A stretch of 64,000 nucleotides of DNA from an uncultured Bacillota bacterium. GTDB taxonomy: Bacteria; Bacillota_I; Bacilli_A; RF39; UBA660. A program made the translations under genes and the position numbers. The DNA is taken from positions 8,424 through 72,423 of the forward strand of contig CANSAJ010000003.1 in assembly GCA_947644695.1 (NCBI GenBank), written 5' to 3'. Every line of letters starts with the position of its first letter. Within the stretch, counting starts at the first letter, position 1. The notes under the pieces are model-generated. The model searched no databases. It was not told the DNA's origin and saw only the letters and a program-made list of their open reading frames with translations. This document shows, piece after piece, positions 41,203 to 50,010 of the stretch.

Positions 41203-41631
41203 AAATTCTCCTATTCGTGATTTTTAAGTGTTGCTGCACTTATATAACAGTATCGGTTACTGTTTATTGCTTAAAAATGTTTGTTTTTCTAACTATTTAT
41301 TGATATAATCTACCTACCCAGTAGTGGGTGAAAGGAGTTGATGCTTTATCAAGCGTTTAATAACTTTCTCCCTGGCTAGTTGCTGAAATGCTTCACATCC
41401 TATGGGGAACTATTTCTCTTAGAGAAGTAGCAGAGAAAGAAAACTCCTATATTGTGAACAGTTACAGTTTGGTGCTTTCAACACCAGATGCTGAGTGAAT
41501 CTCATTTATTGATTTAACTACAAACGCGTTATAAATGATGATACAAAATGCGGTAATTGAATTAGTATAAAACTCGCTGCATTCAGTTTTGAAAGGATTG
41601 TTTGCAGTTGTTAGAAAGAATTAGATGATGG

Positions 41632-41853
41632 TTAAAGATTATCTAGTTCTTTTAATTTGTTTAAATCTATTTCAAATACTATACCCATAAGGATTAATTC
41701 CTCAGCAGTAAATTTTCTATTACCATTTAATGACTGAGTTATTTTAGTTCTACTTACGCCTGTTTTCTCTTCTATCTCTTTATGAGTTATTTTTCTTTCT
41801 TTAAAGTATTGTTTTAAATAGTTAGATAACATATTACCCTCCTTCTTCTTCAT
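41632..41853 (-). CDS. XRE-family HTH transcriptional regulator
   Basis: KITHKEIEEKTGVSRTKITQSLNG is an HTH_3 motif. Confidence 0.6.
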   Translation of the reverse strand: MKKKEGNMLSNYLKQYFKERKITHKEIEEKTGVSRTKITQSLNGNRKFTAEELILMGIVFEIDLNKLKELDNL

Positions 41854-41881
41854 TTATATCATCATAGATTTTCACTCAACC

Positions 41882-42103
41882 TTATTGAGTTTTTGACTTA
41901 AAAAAATAAGAAGAAATGTCTTTTATATCTATATCTAGTATATTACAAGCTCTCGTGATTTCACTTTGTCTAAAATCAATTTTATTATTAAGCTTTAAAC
42001 TAATAGTTCTTTCTGAAAGTCCCATTTTACTTGAAAATACTGAGTTGCTATCTAATTTTTCTTTTATTCTTCCAAGTAATTTTGAATAATCATACTCTTT
42101 CAT
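41882..42103 (-). CDS. Cro-like XRE-family HTH regulator (divergent from the repressor)
   Basis: SKMGLSERTISLKLNNK HTH; divergently transcribed from the cI-like gene across the operator region. Confidence 0.6.
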   Translation of the reverse strand: MKEYDYSKLLGRIKEKLDSNSVFSSKMGLSERTISLKLNNKIDFRQSEITRACNILDIDIKDISSYFFKSKTQ

Positions 42104-42122
42104 TTTTTCCTCCTTTCAGCTT

Positions 42123-42236
42123 AAACTCAATCTGCTTGAGTAATTAAAGTATAGCATATCAAAAAATACCTGTCAACAAGAAAACTCAATTATTTTGAAT
42201 TTTCTTGTTGAACTTTTGTTTACGACCTGTTATAAT
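42123..42236. promoter_or_regulatory. Lysogeny switch region: operator palindromes + PRM-like promoter
   Basis: Palindrome ACTCAAtctgcTTGAGT (42124-42140). A 12-bp inverted repeat TCAACAAGAAAA ... TTTTCTTGTTGA (42173-42211) overlaps the -35 TTGAAC (42208-42213), which is spaced 17 nt from TATAAT (42231-42236). Half-site ACTCAA recurs. Confidence 0.55.
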
Positions 42237-42260
42237 GTACACAAAGAAAGGGGTGAACTA

Positions 42261-42662
42261 ATGAAAACATCAAATACTTCCCAAAGACTGAAAGAAATTA
42301 TGAACATAAAAGGTTTAAAACAAATTGATATTTTAAATAAAATTGAACCAATTTGTAAAAAGTATGAAGTAAAAATGGGAAGTAATGATTTGAGTCAATA
42401 TGTAACTGGAAAAGTGGAACCTTCTCAAAAAAAATTGAGTGTTCTTGCTGAAGCCTTAGAAACTAATGAAGTATGGCTTATGGGTTATGATGTTACAATG
42501 GAACCAAATCTCAGCGAAAATAAAGAAAATACATTTGACGAATTAGAATTGTTATTTAATAAAGCAAAACCACACTTATCAGAAGATGACAAAGAGACAA
42601 TGAAGTTTCTAATGCAAAAGACTATTAATAATTACGAAAAGAGTAAAAATCAGGATAAATAA
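42261..42662 (+). CDS. cI-like XRE-family repressor (ImmR-type)
   Basis: Start taken at ATG 42261 (SD AAAGGGGTGA), not the track's 42195, which overlaps the promoter; HTH QRLKEIMNIKGLKQIDILNK; C-terminal dimerisation region. Confidence 0.7.
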   Translation: MKTSNTSQRLKEIMNIKGLKQIDILNKIEPICKKYEVKMGSNDLSQYVTGKVEPSQKKLSVLAEALETNEVWLMGYDVTMEPNLSENKENTFDELELLFNKAKPHLSEDDKETMKFLMQKTINNYEKSKNQDK

Positions 42663-42753
42663 TAATTGAAATTTTAAGTAAAGGAGTATAAAGTACTTTC
42701 ATTCGGGTATTGACTTTAATACATTTATATTATAGAATGTATATGTATTGAGC

Positions 42754-42778
42754 TTCGGTATCCCGTGTGGACCGAAGA
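42754..42778 (+). terminator. Rho-independent terminator after the repressor gene; left arm of the Abi-flanking inverted repeat
   Basis: CTTCGGTatcccgtgtggACCGAAG followed by ACTTTTTATATT. Confidence 0.55.
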
Positions 42779-42789
42779 CTTTTTATATT

Positions 42790-43749
42790 ATGAAAGATTT
42801 TAAAACAATAGATAATCAAATTGAACTTTTAAAAAATAGAGGATTAACTTTTAAAGATGAAGAAAAATCAAAAGATATTCTTATTAAAAATAATTATTAT
42901 AACATTATAAATGGGTACAAAGAACCATTTATAACCGATGGAACTAAGGATAATTTTATAACTAATACAACTTTTGAAGAAATATATGCACTATATATTT
43001 TTGATAAAAGAATAAAGGATGTTTTCTTAGAATATATTTTAAAAATTGAAAATAATTTAAGATCATTAATTGCTTACTATTTTTCTATGTTTCATGGTAA
43101 TGATAATTATTTAAAATTAGATAACTTTGATAATTTGGATAATATTTCAAATACACTTACAGAAACTAAAAGTAAAAAAATAAAATCAATTCAAGAATTA
43201 ATAGGAACTATACATAAAGAAATAGCTAAAACTATGACTTCTAAAGACTATATAAAACATTATATAATTGATTATGGTTTTGTACCACCATGGGTTTTAG
43301 TTAATATTCTTACATTTGGACAGTTAAGCAAATTTTTAGAATCAATGAAACAAAATGAAAGAATAAAAGTATCACAACACTTTAATATACTAGAAAATGA
43401 ATTAGTTCAATATACTAAATTACTGTCATATTTTAGAAACTTGTGTGCTCACGATGATAGAATTTTTAATGTCAAATTACCAAAATACTTATATATTCCT
43501 GATAATGAATTGCATATTCAATTAAATATTTCTAAAAAACAAGATATGTATTCTTCTGGTAAAAATGATTTATTTGCTTTGTTAATTACTTTAAAAATCA
43601 TGCTAAGTGAAGATGAATTTAATACTTTATATAACAAAATTTATGGAAGAATAAAAAGTTTAGAGCATAATTTATCTAGTATAAATATTAATAAAATACT
43701 AGAAAGAATGAATTTTCCTAGTAATTGGAGAGATATAAAAAAGTTCTAG
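42790..43749 (+). CDS. Abi_2 family (AbiD/AbiF-like) abortive-infection protein
   Basis: Start at M15 of the track ORF; the N-terminus MKDFKTIDNQIELLKNRGLTFKDEEKSKDILIKNNYYNIINGYKEPF matches the Abi_2 signature (...QIELLK.RGL.I.DE......L....YY.L.GY); about 320 aa as expected. Confidence 0.65.
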   Translation: MKDFKTIDNQIELLKNRGLTFKDEEKSKDILIKNNYYNIINGYKEPFITDGTKDNFITNTTFEEIYALYIFDKRIKDVFLEYILKIENNLRSLIAYYFSMFHGNDNYLKLDNFDNLDNISNTLTETKSKKIKSIQELIGTIHKEIAKTMTSKDYIKHYIIDYGFVPPWVLVNILTFGQLSKFLESMKQNERIKVSQHFNILENELVQYTKLLSYFRNLCAHDDRIFNVKLPKYLYIPDNELHIQLNISKKQDMYSSGKNDLFALLITLKIMLSEDEFNTLYNKIYGRIKSLEHNLSSININKILERMNFPSNWRDIKKF

Positions 43750-43768
43750 GTCCACACGGGATACCTAG
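43746..43768 (+). repeat. Right-arm hairpin of the Abi-flanking inverted repeat (GGTCCACACGGGATACC)
   Basis: CTAGGTccacacgggatACCTAG; its loop is the exact reverse complement of the loop of the 42754-42778 hairpin; the Abi stop codon TAG sits in its stem. Confidence 0.6.
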
Positions 43769-43857
43769 ACACTATCATTAATATTATGTAAAAATTTAGA
43801 AAAATAATACAAGAATAAGTACAGAAGTATCGTACTTTACTATGGTGAGGTGAAGAT

Positions 43858-44187
43858 ATGAATATTAAAAACTTATTATTGGAGGTTATTACTGATAAAG
43901 AACTATTAAATTATTATAACGCTACTGTTATATATGAAGATACTCCTACATCTGTTAGAGGCTGTGTATTCAATCATGATGGTGTGTATTTTATAATAAT
44001 TAACAAGAACTTATCATATTATAAAAGAAAAAAGACACTACTCCATGAATTATCTCATATTGAGTTAAGTCAGTTGTGTCAAAAAGAAAAAGATCTTTTT
44101 GCTTTTCACATAGACAAATATGAAGATGAAGCTAATAAATATTTAAAAGATTTAGAAAAAGAAATATATAATTTAGAAAAGAGGTAA
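43858..44187 (+). CDS. ImmA/IrrE-family metallopeptidase (repressor-cleaving antirepressor protease)
   Basis: 109 aa with HEXXH LLHELSHIEL; typical partner of an XRE repressor in prophage immunity regions. Confidence 0.65.
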   Translation: MNIKNLLLEVITDKELLNYYNATVIYEDTPTSVRGCVFNHDGVYFIIINKNLSYYKRKKTLLHELSHIELSQLCQKEKDLFAFHIDKYEDEANKYLKDLEKEIYNLEKR

Positions 44188-44191
44188 AACT

Positions 44192-44596
44192 TTGAGAATA
44201 ACTATAGGATATGATTTTGATAAAATGGAACCTATTAAAAATATAAAAAATATTACTATTAATGATCAAGAAAACGATATTTTAAAAAATATTATATCGA
44301 TTTTAAGTAATAATTATAATGAAAAAGATTTTAACGTTATTGCTGAAACTCGCAATTATACAACACTTAAATATAAAAATAATGATATTGCAAGAATAAA
44401 ATATACAGATAAAGCTAAATGGTTAAGTGTACTCATATTAGATAATAATTTAATAAGAAAATATGAAAATGATCCACTATTTAGTAAACAAAAAAATAAA
44501 AAGCAATTTCAATGGAAATCTGATTTTAATGAGAATAATATTAATAGTTATATTGAAATTTTAAACAAAGCATGCGAACAAATTGAAATACAATAA
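44192..44596 (+). CDS. Hypothetical protein (134 aa, TTG start)
   Basis: ORF between ImmA and int, followed by a GC-rich hairpin. Confidence 0.4.
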   Translation: MRITIGYDFDKMEPIKNIKNITINDQENDILKNIISILSNNYNEKDFNVIAETRNYTTLKYKNNDIARIKYTDKAKWLSVLILDNNLIRKYENDPLFSKQKNKKQFQWKSDFNENNINSYIEILNKACEQIEIQ

Positions 44597-44600
44597 AAAA

Positions 44601-44636
44601 AACTCCCCTACTATGCAGCAACATAGTAAGGGGCGG
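44601..44636. terminator. GC-rich hairpin (CTCCCCTACTATG...CATAGTAAGGGGCGGAG), bidirectional terminator-like
   Basis: About 11-bp stem in AT-rich surroundings, preceded by A7 (a T-run on the opposite strand). Confidence 0.45.
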
Positions 44637-44750
44637 AGTATATAATACTCCTTAAGAAAAATATCACTACACGAATAGGAAATTTTTCTATGTTTTAATT
44701 TTAGCATAGAATCAATTTCTTTTCAATAAAAGAAAGGAATGTGATTTACA

Positions 44751-45758
44751 ATGAAACGAGCAAATGGTATGGGCAGTGTATATAAACTTTCAGGAAAAAG
44801 AAGAAAACCCTACGCTGCCTCAGTTACAATAAATGGAAAGAGAGTTGTACTAGCTACCTTTCCAAAACCTAAACTAGCAATTGAATATTTAAGTAATTAC
44901 ATATGTAATCCATACGATATAGATTATTCAAAATATACAACACTTCAATTATTTGAAGAATGGTTTCCAACTTATAATAAATCCGATAGTTCAAAGAATA
45001 ATTATAAAAATGCTTTCTATCAACATTCTAAACCAGTACATAATAAAGCATTTATTGAATTGAGAAAAAAAGATATACAATATTTAGTTGATAATAGCAA
45101 TCTCAAATACACCGGAAGATCATACATAAAAATAGTCTTTTCAGCACTTTTTGAATACGCAAAGGAAAAAGAATTAGGAGTCAAAGAAAATTACGCTAGA
45201 GGCGTCAAATTAGGCGATAAGAACATATCTGTTATGCACAAATCTCTTACAGACAAAGATTTTGAAACTGTTTGTAATAATTCCGACAAAGAATTTGTTG
45301 ACATAATTATGGTTTACTTATATACCGGAGCACGGCCAAGTGAACTTTTAAAAATTACTAAAAAAAATGTTTTTTTAGAAGAAGATTATATGGTTGGCGG
45401 AATTAAAACAAAAGCAAGTAAAGACAGAATAATGCCTATTCATCCAAAAATTAAGAAAATAATTGAAAAACATTATCATAAAAATTCAATATACCTTTTT
45501 GAAAATATAAAAGGAGAACAAATAACATATAAAACTTTTGTTAAGAAATTTAAAGAAGCATTAAATACTTTAAATTTAGAAGAAGAATATAAACCACATG
45601 ATACAAGACATACATTCTCTACTAGAGCAAAATTATCTGGAATGGATGATTTATGTAGAAAATTAATTATGGGGCACGCTATTAATGATTTAACCGACAA
45701 TATTTATACTCATATACCTAAAGAAAAATTAATTGAGGAGGTGAAAAAATTAAAGTAA
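44751..45758 (+). CDS. int: Tyrosine site-specific recombinase (phage integrase)
   Basis: 335 aa; C-terminal catalytic region HDTRHTFSTRAKLSG ... LIMGHAINDLTDNIYTHIP (R, H-x-x-R, Y); the stop abuts the 23-bp att repeat. Confidence 0.85.
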   Translation: MKRANGMGSVYKLSGKRRKPYAASVTINGKRVVLATFPKPKLAIEYLSNYICNPYDIDYSKYTTLQLFEEWFPTYNKSDSSKNNYKNAFYQHSKPVHNKAFIELRKKDIQYLVDNSNLKYTGRSYIKIVFSALFEYAKEKELGVKENYARGVKLGDKNISVMHKSLTDKDFETVCNNSDKEFVDIIMVYLYTGARPSELLKITKKNVFLEEDYMVGGIKTKASKDRIMPIHPKIKKIIEKHYHKNSIYLFENIKGEQITYKTFVKKFKEALNTLNLEEEYKPHDTRHTFSTRAKLSGMDDLCRKLIMGHAINDLTDNIYTHIPKEKLIEEVKKLK

Positions 45759-45781
45759 TTTGTTAGCAACGTGTTAGCAAC
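45759..45781. repeat. Putative attR core (23-bp direct repeat copy 2)
   Basis: Identical to 5970-5992. Confidence 0.55.
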
Positions 45782-45894
45782 GTCTAAAATTTTACACGAT
45801 TTTACACGATTTTCGATATAAATGTTCGTGTATATAAATTTGACAGCAAAATAAAACAAGCCCTGTATTTATAAGGCTTGTACAAGTTTTAACT

Positions 45895-45940
45895 TGGTGG
45901 ACCGTTAGGGATTCGAACCCTAGACCCATCGATTTTTAGT
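45895..45940 (-). pseudogene. Orphan tRNA 3' fragment (T-arm + acceptor 3' strand + CCA; no 5' half)
   Basis: Minus sense ...TAGGGTTCGAATCCCTAACGGTCCACCA: a T-stem-loop GGTTCGAATCC and the acceptor 3' strand plus CCA are present, but no matching 5' acceptor strand (GGACCGT) exists nearby. This pattern is typical of a duplicated att core of a tRNA-integrating element. Confidence 0.5.
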
Positions 45941-46088
45941 CAATATCCTTTTTTAATTATCTTAATATCAAAAATTAATATTTATTTTTTATCTCCTTTG
46001 CTTTTAAAAATTGCTAGTAATATAAATAGAATTATTAATAATATAAATGGAATAATTACTTTTAGAATGAGATTGATATTTAGCATAT

Positions 46089-48146
46089 TTAATCTTTAAT
46101 TATATTTTTACTGCAAAGGTAAGTTATTAAGAAGTAGCCACCATATATAAATATTAAAACTGCGGCAGTCATTATAATTGAAATAAGCAATTTTTCATTT
46201 CCAAATGTTTCTAATATATAATTACAGAAAATAATACCAAATATAGAGTGAATTATGGCAATTAATAGTGGAAATGTGAAGAATATTCCAATTTGTTTAA
46301 ATAGTGCTTTTTTTATTAGTTTTTCATCTGCACCTATTTTTCTTAGCATTTTATATCTTTCTTTATTATCACTACTTTCTGTTAATTCTTTTAGTGCTAA
46401 TATTGCAGCACTTGATATTAAGAAAATTATTCCTAAGTATAGCCCAATAAATGTTGCCATTGCGCCTAGACCTGTGCTTGCTTCATATATAGAGATTTTT
46501 GTTATAACATCAAGCGTAGTATATTCTAAATATGGATGGTTGTTTAGTTTTAGTAAAAAGTTTTCGATTTCTTTTTTCTCTTCTTTTGTATCACCATTAT
46601 AGTCTGCGATTAATATACTTTTGTAAGCTAATAAATTTTCTAATGCTTCATCTGGTAGTACAAATATACCTTCATTAGTATGATTTGATGATATGTGTAT
46701 GAATCCATCTTTATGAACATTATATTTAGGTTTATATTCTTTACCATTTAATTTAATAGTAGTATTAAGTTTTAAAGCTTCATCTCTTATTAAAGACCAT
46801 GAGTCAAAATTAGATACCAATACATATTCGTCTTTTTTTAATGTTAATTCTTCGAATCCATATCTTTTCGCTAAGGTATTATAGTCACTTAATTTAATTA
46901 ATGTTTCTCCTGTTTTGTAAGCTAGATATGGATAGCCTTCTAACGCCTTTAAATAATAGTCTCCTAATGTCTTTTCTACTGTTATTTCTTCTGTTCTATA
47001 TATATCATATTCAAATATATCTTTTAAGTTTTTATCTATATTATAGTCTAGTTTTTCTAGTGATTCTTTTATTCCTATTTGAGTATCTTCATATTCTTCA
47101 ATTGAATGTCCAGAATTTAAATAATCTTCTTTGTTGTAAACTCTTTCTTTTTTTATTTCAATGTCTACTGGTACCAATGTTGTAAGGTTTGCGGTAATTG
47201 AGTTTTTAAGTGATATAGCACTTGATAATACACATATAGTTACAAATAACATTATTGATATAATACTCATACTTATTACAGTAGTGTTAATTTTGCTGCT
47301 TATTTGTTTTATTATAAAACTATTAAGTCCTTTATAGTAAATATTTTTTAATTTAGTGAAAACTCTTATTAATAATCCTGAGATACTAAAAAATAATAGT
47401 AGAGTACCAATTATTCCCATTAATATTGGTATAAATATATAGCTAGCTTCTGATAAAAGCTGTATTCCTGCTGTTACTAAATAATATGCTATTCCTAAAA
47501 TTATGACTGATATAATAAAAATAATAGTGCAGAATAAGGGATTTTTTAGTTTTATAGTCTCATTCTTTTTAAATCCATGTATAAGATCTATTAGTTTGCA
47601 TTTTGATATATTTATAGTATTAAAAATCATTACAATTATAAATATAATACTAAAATATATTAATGTTTTTATTGCAGCACTTTTTGAAAATATAAATGCA
47701 AATTCTGTAAGGTCTGCTTCAAACATATTTGCTACTAGAAGGCTCATGAATTGTGATAAAAATGTTCCAAGAGTAAGTCCTATTAAAAGAGAGATTAATC
47801 CTATAAAAAGTGTTTCTAACAGTAGAATTTTAGATATTTTTTGTTTACTCATTCCAAGTGTTAGATAGATTCCAAATTCTTTTTTTCTTCTTTTTATTAA
47901 AAATCTACTCGCATATATTATTAAAAATCCTAATATAAAAGATACGAAGACACTTACTCCAGATAGTATGTTATTCATTAATTTTATTATATCTTGTGTA
48001 TTTGATGATACTTGCATCATTACAGTTTGACTTTCTAAAGCATTGAATATATAGAATATTGATACTCCTAAGATAAGAGTGAAAAAATATATGGCATAAT
48101 CTTTAATACTCTTTTTTATGTTTTTTAGTGATAATTTATAGAGCAT
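46089..48146 (-). CDS. BceB-type ABC transporter permease (FtsX-like, peptide-antibiotic resistance)
   Basis: 685 aa, 10 TM segments with a large extracellular loop between TM7 and TM8; N-terminus MLYKLSLKNIKKSIKDYAIYF typical of BceB/VraG. Confidence 0.75.
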   Translation of the reverse strand: MLYKLSLKNIKKSIKDYAIYFFTLILGVSIFYIFNALESQTVMMQVSSNTQDIIKLMNNILSGVSVFVSFILGFLIIYASRFLIKRRKKEFGIYLTLGMSKQKISKILLLETLFIGLISLLIGLTLGTFLSQFMSLLVANMFEADLTEFAFIFSKSAAIKTLIYFSIIFIIVMIFNTINISKCKLIDLIHGFKKNETIKLKNPLFCTIIFIISVIILGIAYYLVTAGIQLLSEASYIFIPILMGIIGTLLLFFSISGLLIRVFTKLKNIYYKGLNSFIIKQISSKINTTVISMSIISIMLFVTICVLSSAISLKNSITANLTTLVPVDIEIKKERVYNKEDYLNSGHSIEEYEDTQIGIKESLEKLDYNIDKNLKDIFEYDIYRTEEITVEKTLGDYYLKALEGYPYLAYKTGETLIKLSDYNTLAKRYGFEELTLKKDEYVLVSNFDSWSLIRDEALKLNTTIKLNGKEYKPKYNVHKDGFIHISSNHTNEGIFVLPDEALENLLAYKSILIADYNGDTKEEKKEIENFLLKLNNHPYLEYTTLDVITKISIYEASTGLGAMATFIGLYLGIIFLISSAAILALKELTESSDNKERYKMLRKIGADEKLIKKALFKQIGIFFTFPLLIAIIHSIFGIIFCNYILETFGNEKLLISIIMTAAVLIFIYGGYFLITYLCSKNIIKD

Positions 48147-48903
48147 CGTTTAAGTCTCCTCCAAGTAATGTAACCACATCGATAATTTTGTCAAAGAATT
48201 CTTTTCTAGATTTTTCTCCTTTGTTTAATTCAGAAAATATACGTCCATCTTTTATAAAAATTACACGAGTAGCATATGAGGCTGTAAATGCATCATGTGT
48301 TACCATTAGTATAGTAGCATCTAATTCCTGATTTAAGTAATTAAATCTTTCTAAAAGCATTTTTGCTGATTTAGAGTCTAATGCTCCTGTAGGTTCATCT
48401 GCTAATACTAGTTGTGGATTAGTTATAATTGCTCGTGATGCAGCTACCCTTTGTTTTTGTCCTCCACTCATTTGATATGGATATTTTTTTAATATTTCTT
48501 TTATGTTTAGATCATTAGCTACTTTTTTAATTCTTGTTTCTATTTCACTTGCATTAATATTTTGTATTGATAGTGCTAGTGCGATGTTTTCATAAGCTGT
48601 TAGTGTATCTAATAAATTAAAGTCTTGGAATATAAAACCTAGTTCCTCTCTTCTAAATTTGTTAAGAGCGTTTCCTTTCAATTTAGTTATGTCTTCATTA
48701 CCTACATAAATATGGCCACTTGTGACTTTATCTATTGTTGATATTACATTTAAAAGCGTTGTTTTACCACTTCCACTTGCTCCCATTATTGCGACGAATT
48801 CTTTTTTTGTTACTTCTAGAGATATATCATCTATTGCTTTTGTTAGACTAGATTTATTTCCATAATATTTTTCTACATGATCTAGTTTTAATATTGTTTC
48901 CAT
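48136..48903 (-). CDS. ABC transporter ATP-binding protein (BceA-like)
   Basis: Walker A GASGSGKTT, signature LSGGQKQRVA, Walker B LVLADEPT. Confidence 0.85.
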   Translation of the reverse strand: METILKLDHVEKYYGNKSSLTKAIDDISLEVTKKEFVAIMGASGSGKTTLLNVISTIDKVTSGHIYVGNEDITKLKGNALNKFRREELGFIFQDFNLLDTLTAYENIALALSIQNINASEIETRIKKVANDLNIKEILKKYPYQMSGGQKQRVAASRAIITNPQLVLADEPTGALDSKSAKMLLERFNYLNQELDATILMVTHDAFTASYATRVIFIKDGRIFSELNKGEKSRKEFFDKIIDVVTLLGGDLNDAL

Positions 48904-48990
48904 ACAATTTCTCCTTTCGTTACATATTCTAATATATAAATGAATTTATGTCGCATTTTTAATATTATTTTAACTTACAGTTTTGTAATG

Positions 48991-50010
48991 TTATTTTACA
49001 ACTTCATAGTATTTATTTTTAGATACAGTTATATAAACTTTTGTATATTGATTTTTTTCACTATCGATTTTAATTGAATGGCCTAATTTATCACATAAAT
49101 TCTTTACTATGAATAGGCCCATACCTGTGGATGAACCATTTATTCTTCCATTTTCTCCCGTGAAAGATTTTTCAAATACTCTTCTAATGTCACTTTTACT
49201 TATACCTATTCCATTATCTTCTATAACAATACTTACAGTTTCTTTATTTTCTATTGTATATATTTTTATAAATGATTCTTTATTGTTGTCTTTATATTTA
49301 ATGCTATTACTTATAATTTGATTTATAATAAATTCTAACCATTTTGAATCTGTATATATTTCTTGTTGTATATTTTCTACTATTAAATTAATATTACTTT
49401 CTAAGATGAAGTCTTTATTTTTTAATGCTACTGCTGTTATAGATTTTTTAAGATTTACTTTATTAATTAAGTAATCTTTATTGGCATTTTCGCTTCTAAC
49501 ATAATAAAGTATTTGTTCTAGATAGTCATCTATTTTCTTTATTTGTCTTTGAGAGTTTTTACTAAATTTATCTTTATGATTGTGTACTAATAAAGTTAAG
49601 CTTGATAAAGGTATTTTAACTTCATGTATCCACATTTCTATATAATTTTTGAATGTATATACCTGTTCTTCATAATTTTTAATATTTTCATTCATGGATT
49701 TATTTATTTCGTACATAGCATCATATATTAACTTATCTTCATAAGAACTTGGCTTTTTAAGTGTTTCTAAAACTAAATATGCTTTGTCTAAATTACTAAT
49801 GTTATTTAGTAATGTATTTATAAATTGTTGTTTTTTATAAAAGTTTTTTGTTGTTATAAATATAAATGGAATAAAGTAAATTATTGTTAAACTTATTATT
49901 AATTCGATTTTTGATTTAAATGCAAGTAACAATAGTAAGATTAAAAAATATATAAATATAGAAAATGTTATTTCAATTATTTTGTCTTTTAGATATTTTG
50001 TAAATTTCAT
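48991..50010 (-). CDS. Sensor histidine kinase (BceS-like, intramembrane-sensing)
   Basis: Two N-terminal TM segments with a short loop, an H-box, and HATPase_c motifs (IEDNGIGI, GMGLFIV). Confidence 0.8.
   Translation of the reverse strand: MKFTKYLKDKIIEITFSIFIYFLILLLLLAFKSKIELIISLTIIYFIPFIFITTKNFYKKQQFINTLLNNISNLDKAYLVLETLKKPSSYEDKLIYDAMYEINKSMNENIKNYEEQVYTFKNYIEMWIHEVKIPLSSLTLLVHNHKDKFSKNSQRQIKKIDDYLEQILYYVRSENANKDYLINKVNLKKSITAVALKNKDFILESNINLIVENIQQEIYTDSKWLEFIINQIISNSIKYKDNNKESFIKIYTIENKETVSIVIEDNGIGISKSDIRRVFEKSFTGENGRINGSSTGMGLFIVKNLCDKLGHSIKIDSEKNQYTKVYITVSKNKYYEVVK

Larger units (their letters stand above)
5970..45781. mobile_element. Integrated siphovirus-like prophage (~39.8 kb) bounded by 23-bp direct repeats
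   Basis: A full phage gene set (int ... lysis) lies between the perfect direct repeats TTTGTTAGCAACGTGTTAGCAAC at 5970-5992 and 45759-45781; the integrase gene stop abuts the right repeat. Confidence 0.75.

Noticed and set aside
42195-42260. N-terminal 22-aa extension of the repressor ORF given by the ORF track (start 42195)
   Set aside because: It overlaps the -35/-10 and operator repeats of the switch region. The in-frame ATG at 42261 has a proper SD (AAAGGGGTGA) and begins right at the HTH domain.
44601-44636. GC-rich hairpin as a possible small RNA gene
   Set aside because: It is a single hairpin with adjacent A/T runs and no promoter. The simplest reading is a bidirectional terminator or insulator between the immunity cassette and int.
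45895-45970. Full-length tRNA gene next to the integrase
   Set aside because: Only the 3' ~45 nt fold as tRNA. The sequence where the 5' acceptor strand and D-arm should be (45941-45975) is unrelated A/T-rich DNA, so it is called as a fragment or pseudo-tRNA.
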